In this document: piece after piece, positions 1 through 11,477 of the stretch
Layout: each line of letters starts with the position of its first letter
Position numbering within the stretch: the stretch's first letter is position 1
Assembly: GCA_965116905.1 (NCBI GenBank)
Contig: OZ220732.1
Location: forward strand, 2,624,001 to 2,688,000
DNA from: Longimicrobiales bacterium
GTDB lineage: Bacteria > Gemmatimonadota > Gemmatimonadetes > Longimicrobiales > Gaopeijiaceae
Length of the DNA stretch: 64,000 nucleotides
Direction of reading: 5' to 3'
The notes under the pieces: generated by a model
What the model saw: the letters and a program-made list of their open reading frames with translations, nothing else
Told to the model about the DNA's origin: nothing
Databases searched by the model: none
Position numbers and translations under genes: made by a program

Positions 1-645
1 CTCGTCCACGTTTCGGACATGAGCTGGACGCGGCGGGTCGAGCATCCGTCGGAGGTCGTGCAGAAGGGTGAGACCGTCGACGTCATGGTGCTCGACGTGG
101 ATTCCGACAACAAGCGCATTTCGCTGGGGATCAAGCAGTTGTACGACGATCCGTGGCCGCAGCTGGTCTCTCGCTTCCACAAGGACCACGAGCAGGACGG
201 CCGCGTGGCGCGGATCCAGGACAGGGGATTGGTCGTGGACCTGGGAGACGGCGTGGAGGGTTTCGTGCCGGGCTCCCATACCGCGGTGCCGGCGGACGAA
301 GTCGAGCATCGCTATGCCGCCGGAGACGTGGTTCCGATCCGGGTGATTGCCTCGGACGCGGCCGAGCGCCGCATCGTGCTCGAAGTGCTCGAGGCGCCCG
401 AGAGAAAGCGTGGGCCCGAGGCCGGGGAAGACGAGGAAGCGGGGGACGGCGCCAATGAGGAAGATGGGGGCGGCGCCGACGATGAAGCGGTGGGCAGCGC
501 TAATGCGGAAGACGCGGGGGCCGCCGATGATGAAGCAGCGGACGGTGCCGACGAGGAAGCGGCGGGCGGCGCCGATGAAGCGGCGGACGTTCCGGAGGAG
601 GAAGGTGCGGACGCGACAGGGGAGCAATCCGAGACGTCCGATTGA
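1..645 (+). CDS. rpsA: 30S ribosomal protein S1, 3' part (5' end outside window), with acidic repetitive C-terminal tail
   Basis: Open from base 1: LVHVSDMSWTRRVEHPSEVV...VMVLDVDSDNKRISLGIKQL, then another S1 repeat (GLVVDLGDGVEGFVP). Confidence 0.93.
   Translation, partial: LVHVSDMSWTRRVEHPSEVVQKGETVDVMVLDVDSDNKRISLGIKQLYDDPWPQLVSRFHKDHEQDGRVARIQDRGLVVDLGDGVEGFVPGSHTAVPADEVEHRYAAGDVVPIRVIASDAAERRIVLEVLEAPERKRGPEAGEDEEAGDGANEEDGGGADDEAVGSANAEDAGAADDEAADGADEEAAGGADEAADVPEEEGADATGEQSETSD
445..588 (+). repeat. Degenerate 24-bp (8-aa) coding tandem repeat in the S1 tail
   Basis: DGANEEDG/GGADDEAV/GSANAEDA/GAADDEAA/DGADEEAA/GGADEAAD. Confidence 0.7.
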
Positions 646-672
646 TCAGGAGGCCGGATCTGCGGGCTTTTC

Positions 673-2004
673 GTGACGGCGATGGAGACGAGACCGGCTG
701 AGCGCGTGGCCAGGGCGGCCCTGCTCGCAAGCTTCGCGTTCGCGTGCGCCGCCTCGGCACCGGCCTCGGTACGCGGGCCCGTGGCGGAACCCGCCGTCCA
801 GCCCCCGGGCGGCTCGGAGCGGCTGATGAACGGGCCGGACGCGGGGTCGCCGGATTCGACGGTACCGGACTTCGCGGCCGGGCTGCAGGAGGGGCCGGTC
901 ATCGGTGCGCTGCTGCCGATGTCGGGATCGCCGTCCAGCCGGGAATACGCGCAACTGTTCCTGGACGGGGTCGAGGTCGCGGTCGATCTGGCCCGCCGGG
1001 CCGGGGTGAACGTGCAGTTGCTCGTCGAAGACAACGGCGGCACGGCTTCCGGCAGCGCGCGCGGAGTCTCGGAACTCGCAGCTCGCGGCGCCGTCGCCAT
1101 TCTCGGCCCGTTGGCCACCGAGAACGTCCGCGCTGCCGCCGAGGTCGCACCGCGACGACTGGTGTTCTTCTCGCCGACAGCCAGAGACCTGCCGGACGGA
1201 CACCGGGGCGTCTACAGCATGGGTGCCGGGGATCCGGGCGCGGGGCTGGTGCTCGCCGACGCCGTGGCCGACCTCGGATACCGTGACGCGGTTGTCATCC
1301 ACCCGCGCAGCCCCGGCGAGAGACTGGAAGCGACGGCGTTCGCGGAAGCACTCGATGCGGCCGGCGGCCTGATCCGGCGGCGCATCGAGTATGTGCCCGG
1401 CACCACGACCTTCGAGCAGTCGCTGCTCGAGGCGAAATCGCTCTTCCCCGGGCTGCTGATGGTCGCGGCGCCCCCGGCCGATATCGAGCTGCTCGCGCCC
1501 CAAATCGCATTTTTCGGTCTCGACACCATCGGGGTGCAGGTGGCGGGCACCGCTGGATGGACCGATCCCTCTGTCCTGGAGGGTGTGGCACGCCGCCACA
1601 CCGACCGGGTCATCTCGGTCAGTCCCCTGGCGCCTGATGCGGTCGAGGACCTGCCCGCGGACTTCATCGCGGCCTACGAACGCCGTTTTCGGCGCTCGTT
1701 GCACAGCCTGGTGCCGGCCACGGGCTACGACCTGTTCCGCATGGCCCTGGCAGCCTACGGCGCAGGCCGGCGCACTTCCGGAGACCTCGTTGCGGCCCTG
1801 GAACGGCTCCACCGGTTTACAGGTGTGACCGGAAGCTACTCCTTCGCCGACGGCCGGCTTACGCGTGAGTACTATCCGGTCCGGATCTACGAAGGCTCGC
1901 TGCACGCCGTCGACACGGTGTTTCCGGAAGCGAGGCGACCGGGACCCGTGGGCTCGTCGGCAACCCCGCAGCGCGTTGGCAGGGGCGGCCGCTCGCCGCG
2001 ATGA
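673..2004 (+). CDS. Periplasmic-binding-protein type 1 lipoprotein (LpoA/LppC or branched-chain amino acid binding-like)
   Basis: Lipobox-like [22 protein letters not shown] and GYD motifs typical of PBP1 fold. Confidence 0.7.
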   Translation: MTAMETRPAERVARAALLASFAFACAASAPASVRGPVAEPAVQPPGGSERLMNGPDAGSPDSTVPDFAAGLQEGPVIGALLPMSGSPSSREYAQLFLDGVEVAVDLARRAGVNVQLLVEDNGGTASGSARGVSELAARGAVAILGPLATENVRAAAEVAPRRLVFFSPTARDLPDGHRGVYSMGAGDPGAGLVLADAVADLGYRDAVVIHPRSPGERLEATAFAEALDAAGGLIRRRIEYVPGTTTFEQSLLEAKSLFPGLLMVAAPPADIELLAPQIAFFGLDTIGVQVAGTAGWTDPSVLEGVARRHTDRVISVSPLAPDAVEDLPADFIAAYERRFRRSLHSLVPATGYDLFRMALAAYGAGRRTSGDLVAALERLHRFTGVTGSYSFADGRLTREYYPVRIYEGSLHAVDTVFPEARRPGPVGSSATPQRVGRGGRSPR

Positions 2005-3551
2005 CGATGCGTGAATCTCTTGAGCGCCTCGAGGCCCTCAAGCGCAAGGCGGAACTCGGCGGGGGTGAGGCGCGCATTCGAGCCCAGCACGAACGCGGCA
2101 AGCTGTCCGCGAGAGAGAGGCTGGAACTGCTGCTGGACGAGGATTCCTTCGTCGAACTGGACCGCTTCGTTACGCATCGGTCGACCGAGTTCGGGCTTGA
2201 TTCACGAAAGTACCTGGGCGATGGAGTGGTCACCGGCTACGGGATGATTCACGGCCGCCTCGTCTACGTGTTCTCGCAGGACTTCACGGTCTTCGGCGGG
2301 TCGCTCAGCGAAGCTCATGCGGAGAAGATCGTCAAGATCCAGGACATGGCACTGCGTAACGGCGCGCCGGTAATCGGTCTCAACGATTCCGGAGGGGCCC
2401 GGATCCAGGAGGGCGTCGTCTCGCTGGGGGGCTACGCCGACATCTTCCTTCGCAACACCCTCGCATCGGGTGTGATCCCCCAGATCAGCGTGGTCCTGGG
2501 TCCGTGCGCGGGCGGAGCGGTGTATTCGCCGGCCATCACCGACTTCGTGTACATGGTGCGGGGAACGAGCTTCATGTTCGTGACCGGACCGGGGGTGGTG
2601 AAGACGGTGACGCACGAGGAGATCGACATGGAAGGGCTGGGCGGTGCGGATGTTCACGCCGAGACCTCCGGCGTGGCCCACTTCGCGCACGATAGCGAGG
2701 CGGAGAGTCTGACGGCCGTGCGTGACCTGTTCCGGTACGTGCCACGCAACAACGCGGAATCGCCACCGGGCGGCAAAGATGGGGATTCCCATGCTCGGCG
2801 CAGCGAGAAAATACTGGAGATCATTCCAGATAACCCGAATCGTCCCTACGATATAACTGATGTCATCGCGGAAATCGCCGACGGCGGTGCGTTTTACGAG
2901 GTTCACGCCGGCTTCGCCCGCAACCTGGTCACCGGATTCGCCCATCTCGGGGGTCACTCGGTGGGGATCGTGGCCAACCAGCCCGCGGTGCTTGCGGGTG
3001 TTCTGGACATCGACGCTTCGGACAAGGGCGCCCGTTTCGTCCGTTTCTGCGATGCCTTCAACATTCCCCTGGTCGTGCTGGAGGATGTCCCCGGCTTTCT
3101 GCCCGGGGTCGGTCAGGAACACGGCGGCATCATCCGGCACGGCGCCAAGCTGCTGTACGCGTTCTGCGAGGCGACCGTGCCCAAGGTCACCGTCATCACC
3201 CGCAAGGCGTATGGCGGTGCCTACGACGTCATGAACTCGAAGCACGTCCGCGGCGACATCAACCTGGCCTGGCCGTCCGCCGAGATCGCGGTGATGGGTC
3301 CGAAGGGCGCGGTGGAGATCCTGTTCCGCAAGGAGATCGCCGCGGCCGAGGATCCGGAGGCGGCGACAGAGGCGAGAATGGCGGAATACCGGGAGAAGTT
3401 CGCGAACCCGTACGTCGCGGCGGCACGCGGGTTCGTCGACGACGTGATCGACCCCCGTGACACGCGCCCGAGGCTGATCAACGCCCTGGACATGTTGCGG
3501 GACAAGCGGGATTCGAATCCGCCGAAGAAGCACGGCAACATTCCGTTGTAG
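2001..3551 (+). CDS. pccB: Propionyl-CoA carboxylase beta (carboxyltransferase) subunit
   Basis: [46 protein letters not shown]. Confidence 0.93.
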   Translation: MTMRESLERLEALKRKAELGGGEARIRAQHERGKLSARERLELLLDEDSFVELDRFVTHRSTEFGLDSRKYLGDGVVTGYGMIHGRLVYVFSQDFTVFGGSLSEAHAEKIVKIQDMALRNGAPVIGLNDSGGARIQEGVVSLGGYADIFLRNTLASGVIPQISVVLGPCAGGAVYSPAITDFVYMVRGTSFMFVTGPGVVKTVTHEEIDMEGLGGADVHAETSGVAHFAHDSEAESLTAVRDLFRYVPRNNAESPPGGKDGDSHARRSEKILEIIPDNPNRPYDITDVIAEIADGGAFYEVHAGFARNLVTGFAHLGGHSVGIVANQPAVLAGVLDIDASDKGARFVRFCDAFNIPLVVLEDVPGFLPGVGQEHGGIIRHGAKLLYAFCEATVPKVTVITRKAYGGAYDVMNSKHVRGDINLAWPSAEIAVMGPKGAVEILFRKEIAAAEDPEAATEARMAEYREKFANPYVAAARGFVDDVIDPRDTRPRLINALDMLRDKRDSNPPKKHGNIPL

Positions 3552-3661
3552 GCACGTGCCGTCCGCGGTGGGCAACCCGGCCGGGGCGCCGGGGCGTCAC
3601 AGTGTGGACAGCCCGACGGGCTCGCTGGGGGGCTGTAGACAGACAACGGGGGGAAGGCACG

Positions 3662-4615
3662 ATGCGAAAGGCAAGATTCTTGAGGGACTTTTGGATGTCG
3701 GCGGGATTCGCCGCGGTGGCGGCGGTCGGTTTGGCCGGCCTGGCCGGCCCGGTCACGGCACAGGAGAAGGAGGAGTGCGATTGCCCGCCGGGCGTGAGGA
3801 CATTCGTCTGGGACGGCGAACCCGGCCAGGTTTCGGTGCTGAGTTTCGGGGGGCGCCCGATGCTCGGGGTGTCGCTGAACATGGACGCGGACCCCGGTGA
3901 AGTGGGCGTCCGCGTTACCGGCGTGCACGAGGACGGACCGGCCGACAGGGCTGGCGTCCGTGAAGGCGACGTGATCGTGGGAGCGGCGGGAATGGACCTC
4001 ACGCAGCCGCTCGACGGAGAGGACGAGATGGACTTCAACCGGCGTTCCTCGCTTCCGGGTCAGCGCCTGATCGCCCTGATCAGGGACCTGGAGGAGGGCG
4101 AAGAGATCGAGATCGAGGTGGACCGTGACGGAGAGTCGCTCGTCTTTACGATGGTCCCCGAGGAGCTTGAGGGATGGGGTTGGCCGGAGAGGCTCAGCGT
4201 CCGGGTGCGCGACATGGCCGACCGCCTGCGCGACCAGACGCGGGATATCGACTGGAACGTCCACTGGGACGCTCCGGAGATCGAACCCCTCGACAGGCCC
4301 GAATTCTTCCAGGACTACGGGGAATTGACGCGTGGCTGGATGCAGGACCGGGCCCACGGGCTCGACCTGGTCGAACTCAACCCGGGTCTGGGTGCATACT
4401 TCGGCACGGGCGAGGGAGTTCTCGTTGCGGACGCCGACGACGGCTCCGAGCTTGGGCTCCACCCCGGCGACGTCGTGGTCGACGTGGATGGGCGGAGGGT
4501 CCGGAGCGCGGCCCAGTTCAGGCGGATACTGCGCTCCTACGAGGAAGGCGAGGAGTTGGCGTTCCGAATCTGGCGGGATGGCGCGGAGACGACGGTCCGG
4601 GGTACCATCGGGTAG
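3662..4615 (+). CDS. Secreted protein with two PDZ domains, no protease domain
   Basis: Signal peptide; MLGVSL...GVRVTGVHEDGPADRAGVREGDVI; second PDZ GVLVADA...LHPGDVVVDVDGR; ATG at 3662 preferred. Confidence 0.75.
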   Translation: MRKARFLRDFWMSAGFAAVAAVGLAGLAGPVTAQEKEECDCPPGVRTFVWDGEPGQVSVLSFGGRPMLGVSLNMDADPGEVGVRVTGVHEDGPADRAGVREGDVIVGAAGMDLTQPLDGEDEMDFNRRSSLPGQRLIALIRDLEEGEEIEIEVDRDGESLVFTMVPEELEGWGWPERLSVRVRDMADRLRDQTRDIDWNVHWDAPEIEPLDRPEFFQDYGELTRGWMQDRAHGLDLVELNPGLGAYFGTGEGVLVADADDGSELGLHPGDVVVDVDGRRVRSAAQFRRILRSYEEGEELAFRIWRDGAETTVRGTIG

Positions 4616-4660
4616 TTTTCGTCCAGGATCACCCCGTTCCGGCCCCGGAGAGGCCACACA

Positions 4661-6178
4661 ATGATCGAATCGGTACTTGTCGCCAACCGGGGTGAGATCG
4701 CGCTGCGCGTGATTCGGGGGGCGCGGGAGCTGGGCATCCGCACCATCGCGGTCTTTTCGGAGGCCGATCGGCAGTCGCCCCACGTGGTTCACGCCGACGA
4801 GGCGGTCCTGATCGGCCCCGCGGCCGCGTCGGAGAGCTACCTCGATATCGGCCGCATCCTCAAGGCGGCGCTCGCTCGCCGGGCAGCTGCGGTTCATCCG
4901 GGCTATGGCTTTCTGGCGGAGCGCGCGGACTTTGCCAGAGCCGTTACGGAGGCGGGACTGGTTTTCGTCGGGCCGTCGGCCGAGACCATCGGGGCGATGG
5001 GGGACAAGACCGAAGCGCGCCGCCGCATGGCGGCCGCTGGTGTGCCCGTGGTGCCGGGCACCACGTCTCCGCTGGCCTCCGGCTCCGAGGCGCGCGAGGC
5101 GGCGGGGGAGGTGGGACTGCCGGTCGTGCTCAAGGCCGCGGCGGGTGGCGGCGGAAAGGGGATGCGCGTGGTGCGCCGCCTCAATGAGGTGGCGGCCGCG
5201 TTTGACGCCGCGGCCCGCGAGGCGCGGGCGGCGTTCGGGGACGGCAGCGTCTACGTGGAGCGTTTTCTGGAGCGCCCGCGGCACATCGAGGTGCAACTCT
5301 TCGGCGACGGCTCCGGCAACGTGGTCCACCTCCATGAACGGGAATGCTCGATCCAGCGGCGGCACCAGAAGCTGATCGAGGAGGCCCCGTCGTCGCTCTT
5401 GAGTCCCGAGGAGCGCCGGGCAATGGGCGAGTCCGCGGTACGCGCCGCGCGTGCGGTGGACTACGTCGGTGCGGGAACGGTCGAATTCCTCTATCAGGAC
5501 GGTGAGTTCTTCTTCCTGGAGATGAACACGCGCCTCCAGGTCGAGCACCCGGTTACGGAGCTCGTCACAGGCGTCGACCTGGTCGAGTGGCAGTTCCGGG
5601 TGGCCTCCGGCGAGGCCCTGCCGATGCGGCAGTCGGAGATCCCGTTGCGCGGGCACGCCATCGAGTGCCGCATTACCAGCGAGTCGCCCTTCGATGGGTT
5701 CCTCCCGGCGACGGGAACGGTGAGTCACCTGGAGATCCCCGGGGGCCCCGGTGTGCGCTGGGACGGAGGCATCGCCGTGGGCAACGAAATCGGCCTGCAC
5801 TACGATCCGCTGCTTGGCAAGCTGATCGCGGCGGCCCCCGACCGCGAGTCGGCCATCAGGCGCATGCAACGGGCGCTGGAGGAGTTGAGAATCGCCGGCG
5901 TCTCGACCTGCACTCCGCTCCTGCGACGGATCCTGGACGAGCCCGACTTTCGCGCCGGGCTGCTGTCGACCGCGTACCTGGCCGAGCACCCCGAATTGTT
6001 CGAGACCGGACTCGGCGATGCGTCGCGCAGGGCCGCGGTGGTGGCGGCGGTACTCCTGGAGCACGAGCGCCGCGCGACCGTTCCGGCCCCGCGGATTCGG
6101 CGGGAAGGCCTGCGGTTTTCGGACTGGCGCGCCGGGACCGCCCCCTGGATCGCCCCGGTTGCGGACGGGCACGGATGA
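4661..6178 (+). CDS. accC: Biotin carboxylase subunit of acetyl/propionyl-CoA carboxylase
   Basis: VLVANRGEIALR, HPGYGFLAE, GGGGKGMR, ERECSIQRRHQK, EMNTRLQVEHPVTE. Confidence 0.93.
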   Translation: MIESVLVANRGEIALRVIRGARELGIRTIAVFSEADRQSPHVVHADEAVLIGPAAASESYLDIGRILKAALARRAAAVHPGYGFLAERADFARAVTEAGLVFVGPSAETIGAMGDKTEARRRMAAAGVPVVPGTTSPLASGSEAREAAGEVGLPVVLKAAAGGGGKGMRVVRRLNEVAAAFDAAAREARAAFGDGSVYVERFLERPRHIEVQLFGDGSGNVVHLHERECSIQRRHQKLIEEAPSSLLSPEERRAMGESAVRAARAVDYVGAGTVEFLYQDGEFFFLEMNTRLQVEHPVTELVTGVDLVEWQFRVASGEALPMRQSEIPLRGHAIECRITSESPFDGFLPATGTVSHLEIPGGPGVRWDGGIAVGNEIGLHYDPLLGKLIAAAPDRESAIRRMQRALEELRIAGVSTCTPLLRRILDEPDFRAGLLSTAYLAEHPELFETGLGDASRRAAVVAAVLLEHERRATVPAPRIRREGLRFSDWRAGTAPWIAPVADGHG

Positions 6179-6723
6179 GGTCCCCACGGGCCAAGGATCG
6201 CCCCGGGTCGCGGTACGTCGTTTCCGTGGCCGGGGAGACGCACGACGTGGTCGTCGGCGTGGACGGAGAGGTCGTGATCGACGGCCGCACGCATGAGGCC
6301 TCGCTGTCCGGTGGCGCCCAGGCGCGGATGCGGACCCTGATCCTGGACGGGAAGCCGGTGGCGGTGTACGCGGAGGCCCGGGGTGGGGGGCTGTGGGATA
6401 TCGACCTGGGCGGCGGCCGCGCCGGCGTGGAGGTCCTGGATGCACGCGCGGCGCGCGTGCGGGCCCTGTCGACGGACTCCGGGAGCGAGCGCGGAGCGGC
6501 CGCCCTGAAGGCGCCCATGCCGGGCCTGGTCGTGCAGGTCGCCGTGGAGACGGGCGAGATCGTGGAGGCGGGCGCCGCGGTGGTGATCGTGGAGGCGATG
6601 AAGATGGAGAACGAGCTCAGGGCAGCGGCTGCGGCGCGGGTGGAGCGCATCCTCGTCGCTCCGGGCCAGGCCGTGGAGAAGGGTCAGGTTCTGGTGGAGT
6701 TTTCCGAGGAGGAGGACGCGTGA
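6175..6723 (+). CDS. Biotin carboxyl carrier protein
   Basis: APMPGLVV...EAMKMENE biotinylation motif; ATGA overlap with upstream stop. Confidence 0.9.
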   Translation: MRSPRAKDRPGSRYVVSVAGETHDVVVGVDGEVVIDGRTHEASLSGGAQARMRTLILDGKPVAVYAEARGGGLWDIDLGGGRAGVEVLDARAARVRALSTDSGSERGAAALKAPMPGLVVQVAVETGEIVEAGAAVVIVEAMKMENELRAAAAARVERILVAPGQAVEKGQVLVEFSEEEDA

Positions 6724-8267
6724 GCACGCGGGACGACGTCCCCGTATTCGACTGCCTGCCCTCGGGATTCCGGACGGGCGAGGACCTGGGCGAGCCGGGC
6801 GCGTTCCCCTACACGCGCGGCATCCACCGCACGATGTACCTCGGACGGCGCTGGACGATGCGGCAGTATGCCGGCTTCGGCACTGCCGAGGAGACCAACG
6901 CGCGCTACCACTTTCTGCTCGGCCAGGGGACGACGGGGCTGTCGGTGGCCTTCGACCTCCCCACCCAGATGGGCTACGACTCGGACGCCCCCGTGGCGGC
7001 GGGCGAGGTGGGCCGCGTCGGCGTCGCGATCGATTCCATCGCCGACATGCGCACGCTCCTGCGCGGTATCGATGTGGGGGCCGTCTCGTGCTCGATGACG
7101 ATCAACGCCACCGCTCCCATCCTGCTCGCCCTGTACACCGCCGTGGCGGACGAGGCCGGCGTGCCGCGGACGCGGTTGCGCGGCACCGTCCAGAACGATG
7201 TCCTCAAGGAATACATCGCTCGCGGCACGTACATCTATCCGGTCGAGCCGTCGTTGCGCCTGGTCGGCGATCTGATGTCCTTCTGCGCGCGCGAACTGCC
7301 TGGCTGGAACACGATCTCGGTCTCGGGCTACCACATTCGCGAGGCCGGCTCGACCGCGGCCCAGGAGATCGCCTTCACGCTTGCGAACGGTCTTGAGTAC
7401 GTGCGGCGCGCACGGGCCCGGGGCATCGCGCTGGAGGACTTCGCACCCCGGATGTCCTTCTTCTTCGCCGCCCACAACGACCTGTTCGAGGAAGTGGCCA
7501 AGTTTCGCGCAGCCCGCCGGATCTGGGCCCGGACCATGAGGGAGCGCTTCGGCGCTTCGGACCGCTCGTGCAAACTGCGATTCCACACGCAGACCGGGGG
7601 ATCGACGCTGACGGCCCAGCAACCGATGAACAACGTGATCCGCGTGACCGTGCAGGCCCTGGCCGCCGTGCTGGGCGGCACGCAGTCGCTGCACACGAAC
7701 GGGTACGACGAAGCCCTGGCGCTGCCCACCGCGGACGCCGCCGCCCTGGCCCTGCGGACCCAGCAGATCCTGGCCGAGGAGTCGGGGGCGGCGGACCGGG
7801 TCGATCCGCTGGGCGGCAGCTTTCTGGTCGAACACCTCACGGACCGGCTCGAGGCGGAGGCGCTGGCGCAGATGGCGCGGATCGACGACCTCGGCGGCGC
7901 CTCGCGGGCCATCGAATTCATGCAGGAGGAAATCCACCGTGCGGCGTACCGACACCAGCTCGATATCGAATCGGGCGAGAGGGTGGTCGTGGGCGTGAAC
8001 CGGTACGAGACCGGGGAGCCGGCGGAACCTCCGCCCGGTCCCGGTTTCGGGGAGCTCGAGGCGCGTCAGCTCGAGGCGCTCGGGAGGCTCCGGGCCAACA
8101 GGGACGCGGGCTCGGTGGAGCGGCAACTGAGCCGTCTCAGGGAGGTCGCTCGCGGTGACGGCAATCTGCTGCCGGTGATGGTCGAGGCGGTGAAGGCCGA
8201 GGCTACGCTCGGCGAGATCAGCGATGCGCTCAGGAGCGTGTGGGGCACCTACGGCGCGGGCGCGTGA
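6720..8267 (+). CDS. Methylmalonyl-CoA mutase, substrate-binding large subunit (no B12-binding domain)
   Basis: FPYTRG...[40 protein letters not shown] start overlaps upstream TGA. Confidence 0.92.
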   Translation: MSTRDDVPVFDCLPSGFRTGEDLGEPGAFPYTRGIHRTMYLGRRWTMRQYAGFGTAEETNARYHFLLGQGTTGLSVAFDLPTQMGYDSDAPVAAGEVGRVGVAIDSIADMRTLLRGIDVGAVSCSMTINATAPILLALYTAVADEAGVPRTRLRGTVQNDVLKEYIARGTYIYPVEPSLRLVGDLMSFCARELPGWNTISVSGYHIREAGSTAAQEIAFTLANGLEYVRRARARGIALEDFAPRMSFFFAAHNDLFEEVAKFRAARRIWARTMRERFGASDRSCKLRFHTQTGGSTLTAQQPMNNVIRVTVQALAAVLGGTQSLHTNGYDEALALPTADAAALALRTQQILAEESGAADRVDPLGGSFLVEHLTDRLEAEALAQMARIDDLGGASRAIEFMQEEIHRAAYRHQLDIESGERVVVGVNRYETGEPAEPPPGPGFGELEARQLEALGRLRANRDAGSVERQLSRLREVARGDGNLLPVMVEAVKAEATLGEISDALRSVWGTYGAGA

Positions 8268-8395
8268 TTCCCGCGTGCGACTGCAAGGCCGCCGCGCCGG
8301 GGACGGCGAATGGCCCCGCAGTGATTCGCGCGTGTCGTGTTATCATTGAAGCCGCAACGACGGTCTTCTCGCCAGGCCCCCGAACCGACGCCGAC

Positions 8396-8821
8396 ATGCC
8401 TACGTACGAATACCGATGCCGCGCCTGTGGCCGTGATTTCGAACTCTTCCAGAGGATGAGCGACGAACCCCGTGCTCCCTGTCCCGATTGCGGCAGCCGG
8501 GCCGAGCGTCTCATCTCCGGGGGCGCGGGACTGCTGTTCAAGGGCGACGGATTCTATATCACCGACTACCGCTCGGAGGCGTACCGGGAGCGGGCCCGGC
8601 AGGAGTCCGGGGCCGGAGCGGACGCCGGATCCGGGAACGGAGCGGATGCCGGGTCCGGGTCCGGGAATGGAGCGGGTGCCGACGGCGGGAAAACGGAATC
8701 GAAGGCGGCGAACAAGGGCATCGGGGACGGTGCGAAGCGGGGCGCAGCCGCCGGCAGGCGGGACGACTCGGGGCAGACGCGCAGGGCGGACAAGGCGGCA
8801 AGTTCGACGCGAGGCGAGTAG
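8396..8821 (+). CDS. FmdB-family zinc-ribbon protein with low-complexity tail
   Basis: MPTYEYRCRACG...CPDCG...FKGDGFYITDY. Confidence 0.88.
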   Translation: MPTYEYRCRACGRDFELFQRMSDEPRAPCPDCGSRAERLISGGAGLLFKGDGFYITDYRSEAYRERARQESGAGADAGSGNGADAGSGSGNGAGADGGKTESKAANKGIGDGAKRGAAAGRRDDSGQTRRADKAASSTRGE

Positions 8822-8825
8822 GTCC

Positions 8826-10496
8826 ATGCTCATCGAGCGAATCTCGGACGCCCTGCGCGAGGCGGCCGGCGAGTTCGGAGCCGCGGACGTACGCTTTCGG
8901 CTCGACCGCCCCAGGGACGCGAAACACGGCGACCTGGCCTCGAACGTGGCGTTGGCGCTTTCGTCGCGGCTTCGGCGTGCGCCCCGCGACATCGCGCTGG
9001 AGCTGAGGACGCGCCTGGAGGGAATCACGGGAGTGGACCGGATCGAGATCGCCGGCCCGGGGTTTCTCAATTTCTTCCTCGAAGAGACGGCGGTGGGGCG
9101 GATCCTCCACGAGATCCAGGAGGCCGGCAGGGCGTTCGGCCGCAATGACAGCGGCGGCGGACACGAGATCATGGTGGAATTCGTGTCGGCCAATCCCACC
9201 GGCCCGCTGCACCTGGGGCATGGCCGCCAGGCGGCATTGGGCGACGCCATCGCAAGTCTCCTCGAGTGGTCGGCGTGGAGCGTCCACCGCGAGTTCTATT
9301 TCAACGATGCCGGCGCGCAGATCGAGAGGCTGGCGGAGAGCGTGCGCGCGCGGTACCTGCAGCTGCTCGGCCACGAGGCGAGGGTGCCGAAAGGGGGATA
9401 CCAGGGCACGTACGTCGTGGACATTGCGCAGTCGTTCCGGGACGAGGTCGGCGACCGCTACGAGAGTGACGAGAGCGATGCGGCCCTGGAGGCGATGCGC
9501 CGGCACGCGGTTCGCGTATTGCGTGCGGAGCAGGAAAGGGACCTGGCGGCGTTCGGCGTCCGGTTCGACGAATACTACCCGGAAACACGCCTCTACGCCG
9601 ACGGACGGGTCGCTGCGACGATCCGGGCGCTCGACGACACCGGGCTTACCTACGCAAAGGACGGCGCCGCGTGGCTCCGCACCACCGCGTTCGGCGACCA
9701 GAAGGACCGCGTCATGGTCAAGAGCGACGGAACGCCGACCTATTTCCTGCCGGATGTCGCGTACCACATGTCCAAGTGGGACAGGGGCTTCCGCGAGGTG
9801 GTCAACGTGCAGGGCTCGGACCACCACAGCACGGTCGACCGTGTGCAGGCGGGGCTCCAGGCCCTGGGCCGGCCGGCGGGATACCCCGAGTACGTGCTGC
9901 ATCAGATGGTGACCGTCGAACGGGGCGGGGAAGAGGTCCGGTTTTCGAAGCGGGCCGGTTCGTACACCACGCTCGCGGAGCTGGTGGAAGAGGTGGGGGC
10001 GGACGTAGCGCGGTACTTCTTCCTCATGCGACGCCCCGAGGCGCATCTGACTTTCGATCTGGACCTGGCGCTGGACCAGTCCGACAAGAACCCGGTGTAC
10101 AAGATCAAGTATGCCCATGCCCGCGTGTGCCGGATCTTCGAGCTTGCACGGAAGAGGGGATGGGCGAGGCCCAAGGGTGCCGACACGCGGCCGCTCGCCT
10201 TTCGCATGGAACGCGAGTTGATCAACCGCTTGCGCGAGTTCCCCGATTACCTGCACCGGGCGGCCACGGCCCGCGCTCCGCACGTCGTCTGTGACTACCT
10301 GGAAAAGACTGCCGGACTGGTCAATTCCTGGTATCAGACGGGGCATCCCACGCGGGGCCCCGAGCGGGCCGTGCTGGTCGAGGACAGGGAACTGCGCGAC
10401 GCCCGCCTGACCCTGGCGGATGCCGCGCGGATCGTGTTGCGCAACGGGCTGGAGGTACTGGGGCTGGAGGCCCCGGAGCGAATGGTGAGGTCGTGA
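8826..10496 (+). CDS. argS: Arginine--tRNA ligase
   Basis: HGDLASNVA, AGPGFLNF, VEFVSANPTGPLHLGHGR, FSKRAG, YAHARVC. Confidence 0.96.
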   Translation: MLIERISDALREAAGEFGAADVRFRLDRPRDAKHGDLASNVALALSSRLRRAPRDIALELRTRLEGITGVDRIEIAGPGFLNFFLEETAVGRILHEIQEAGRAFGRNDSGGGHEIMVEFVSANPTGPLHLGHGRQAALGDAIASLLEWSAWSVHREFYFNDAGAQIERLAESVRARYLQLLGHEARVPKGGYQGTYVVDIAQSFRDEVGDRYESDESDAALEAMRRHAVRVLRAEQERDLAAFGVRFDEYYPETRLYADGRVAATIRALDDTGLTYAKDGAAWLRTTAFGDQKDRVMVKSDGTPTYFLPDVAYHMSKWDRGFREVVNVQGSDHHSTVDRVQAGLQALGRPAGYPEYVLHQMVTVERGGEEVRFSKRAGSYTTLAELVEEVGADVARYFFLMRRPEAHLTFDLDLALDQSDKNPVYKIKYAHARVCRIFELARKRGWARPKGADTRPLAFRMERELINRLREFPDYLHRAATARAPHVVCDYLEKTAGLVNSWYQTGHPTRGPERAVLVEDRELRDARLTLADAARIVLRNGLEVLGLEAPERMVRS

Positions 10497-10581
10497 TCCG
10501 CCACCTTGGCATCGCGGCTCGAGAGCCCGCGGGAGCTGGTTGTCAGGTTCCCTGCACGACCATTCGGAACGGGTGAGAGCG

Positions 10582-11475
10582 GTGGCCATTCTCGTGGTGG
10601 GCTCGGTCGCTCTCGATGCGGTGGAAACGCGGGCGGGCAGCGTCGATGGCGTGATCGGCGGCTCGGCGGTCTTCTTCTCGGCGGCGGCCTCCCTGTTGAC
10701 GAAGGTGCGCGTGGTTGGCGTCGTCGGCGACGACTACCCCCTTGAGCAGCTCGGCTTCATGCGCGACCGGGGAGTGGATTTCGACGGCCTTGCCCGGATG
10801 CCCGGCGAGAGCTTCTTCTGGGGTGGACGCTATAGCGACGACTTCCGCGCCCGGACAACCACGGAAACGCGCCTGGGTGTCTTTGCCGACTTCAATCCGA
10901 CGGTTCCTTCCGCGTACCGCGACTCGCGCGTGGTGTTCCTCGGCAACATCGATCCGGCTCTGCAGATCAGGGTGTTGGACCAGGTCGGACGGCCCCGGCT
11001 GGTGGCGGCCGACACCATGAACTTCTGGATCGAGCGAGCGCGCGGAGCGCTCGAGCGCGTGCTTGCGCGTCTGGACGTCCTGCTCGTCAACGACGAGGAG
11101 GCGGTTCAGCTGGCGGGCGACGACGACCTGAAGAGTGCCGTCGCGCGGATCCGGGACATGGGTCCCGCCGTCGTGGTGGTCAAGATGGCCGACGACGGAT
11201 CCGTCGTCTTCGGTGATGACTGGGTCTTCGAGTGCCCTGCGTGGCCCGTCGCCGACGTGATCGATCCCACCGGGGCGGGCGACGCCTTTGCCGGCGGGTT
11301 TCTCGGGTATCTCGAAGACACGGGCTCGTTCGACCGCGAAGGACTGTGCCGGGCGGCCGCGTACGGGTCCGCGATGGGCTCCTACGCAGTCGAAGCATTC
11401 TCGGTGGATCGCTTCAGAGCGCTTGAGACGAGCGCCGTGGTCCGCCGCGTACGCAACCTCCAGGAGCACGGATAG
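10582..11475 (+). CDS. PfkB-family carbohydrate/nucleoside kinase
   Basis: ILVVGSVALD, GGSAVFF, DPTGAGDAFAGGF; GTG at 10582 is the likely start. Confidence 0.88.
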   Translation: MAILVVGSVALDAVETRAGSVDGVIGGSAVFFSAAASLLTKVRVVGVVGDDYPLEQLGFMRDRGVDFDGLARMPGESFFWGGRYSDDFRARTTTETRLGVFADFNPTVPSAYRDSRVVFLGNIDPALQIRVLDQVGRPRLVAADTMNFWIERARGALERVLARLDVLLVNDEEAVQLAGDDDLKSAVARIRDMGPAVVVVKMADDGSVVFGDDWVFECPAWPVADVIDPTGAGDAFAGGFLGYLEDTGSFDREGLCRAAAYGSAMGSYAVEAFSVDRFRALETSAVVRRVRNLQEHG

Positions 11476-11477
11476 TC

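Noticed and set aside
3221..6445. Long antisense/overlapping ORFs (also 8559-10589, 41170-43707, 55511-58774 and others)
   Set aside because: Shadow frames of well-supported genes in GC-rich DNA. Only the last codons of 55511-58774 coincide with the IS481 remnant.
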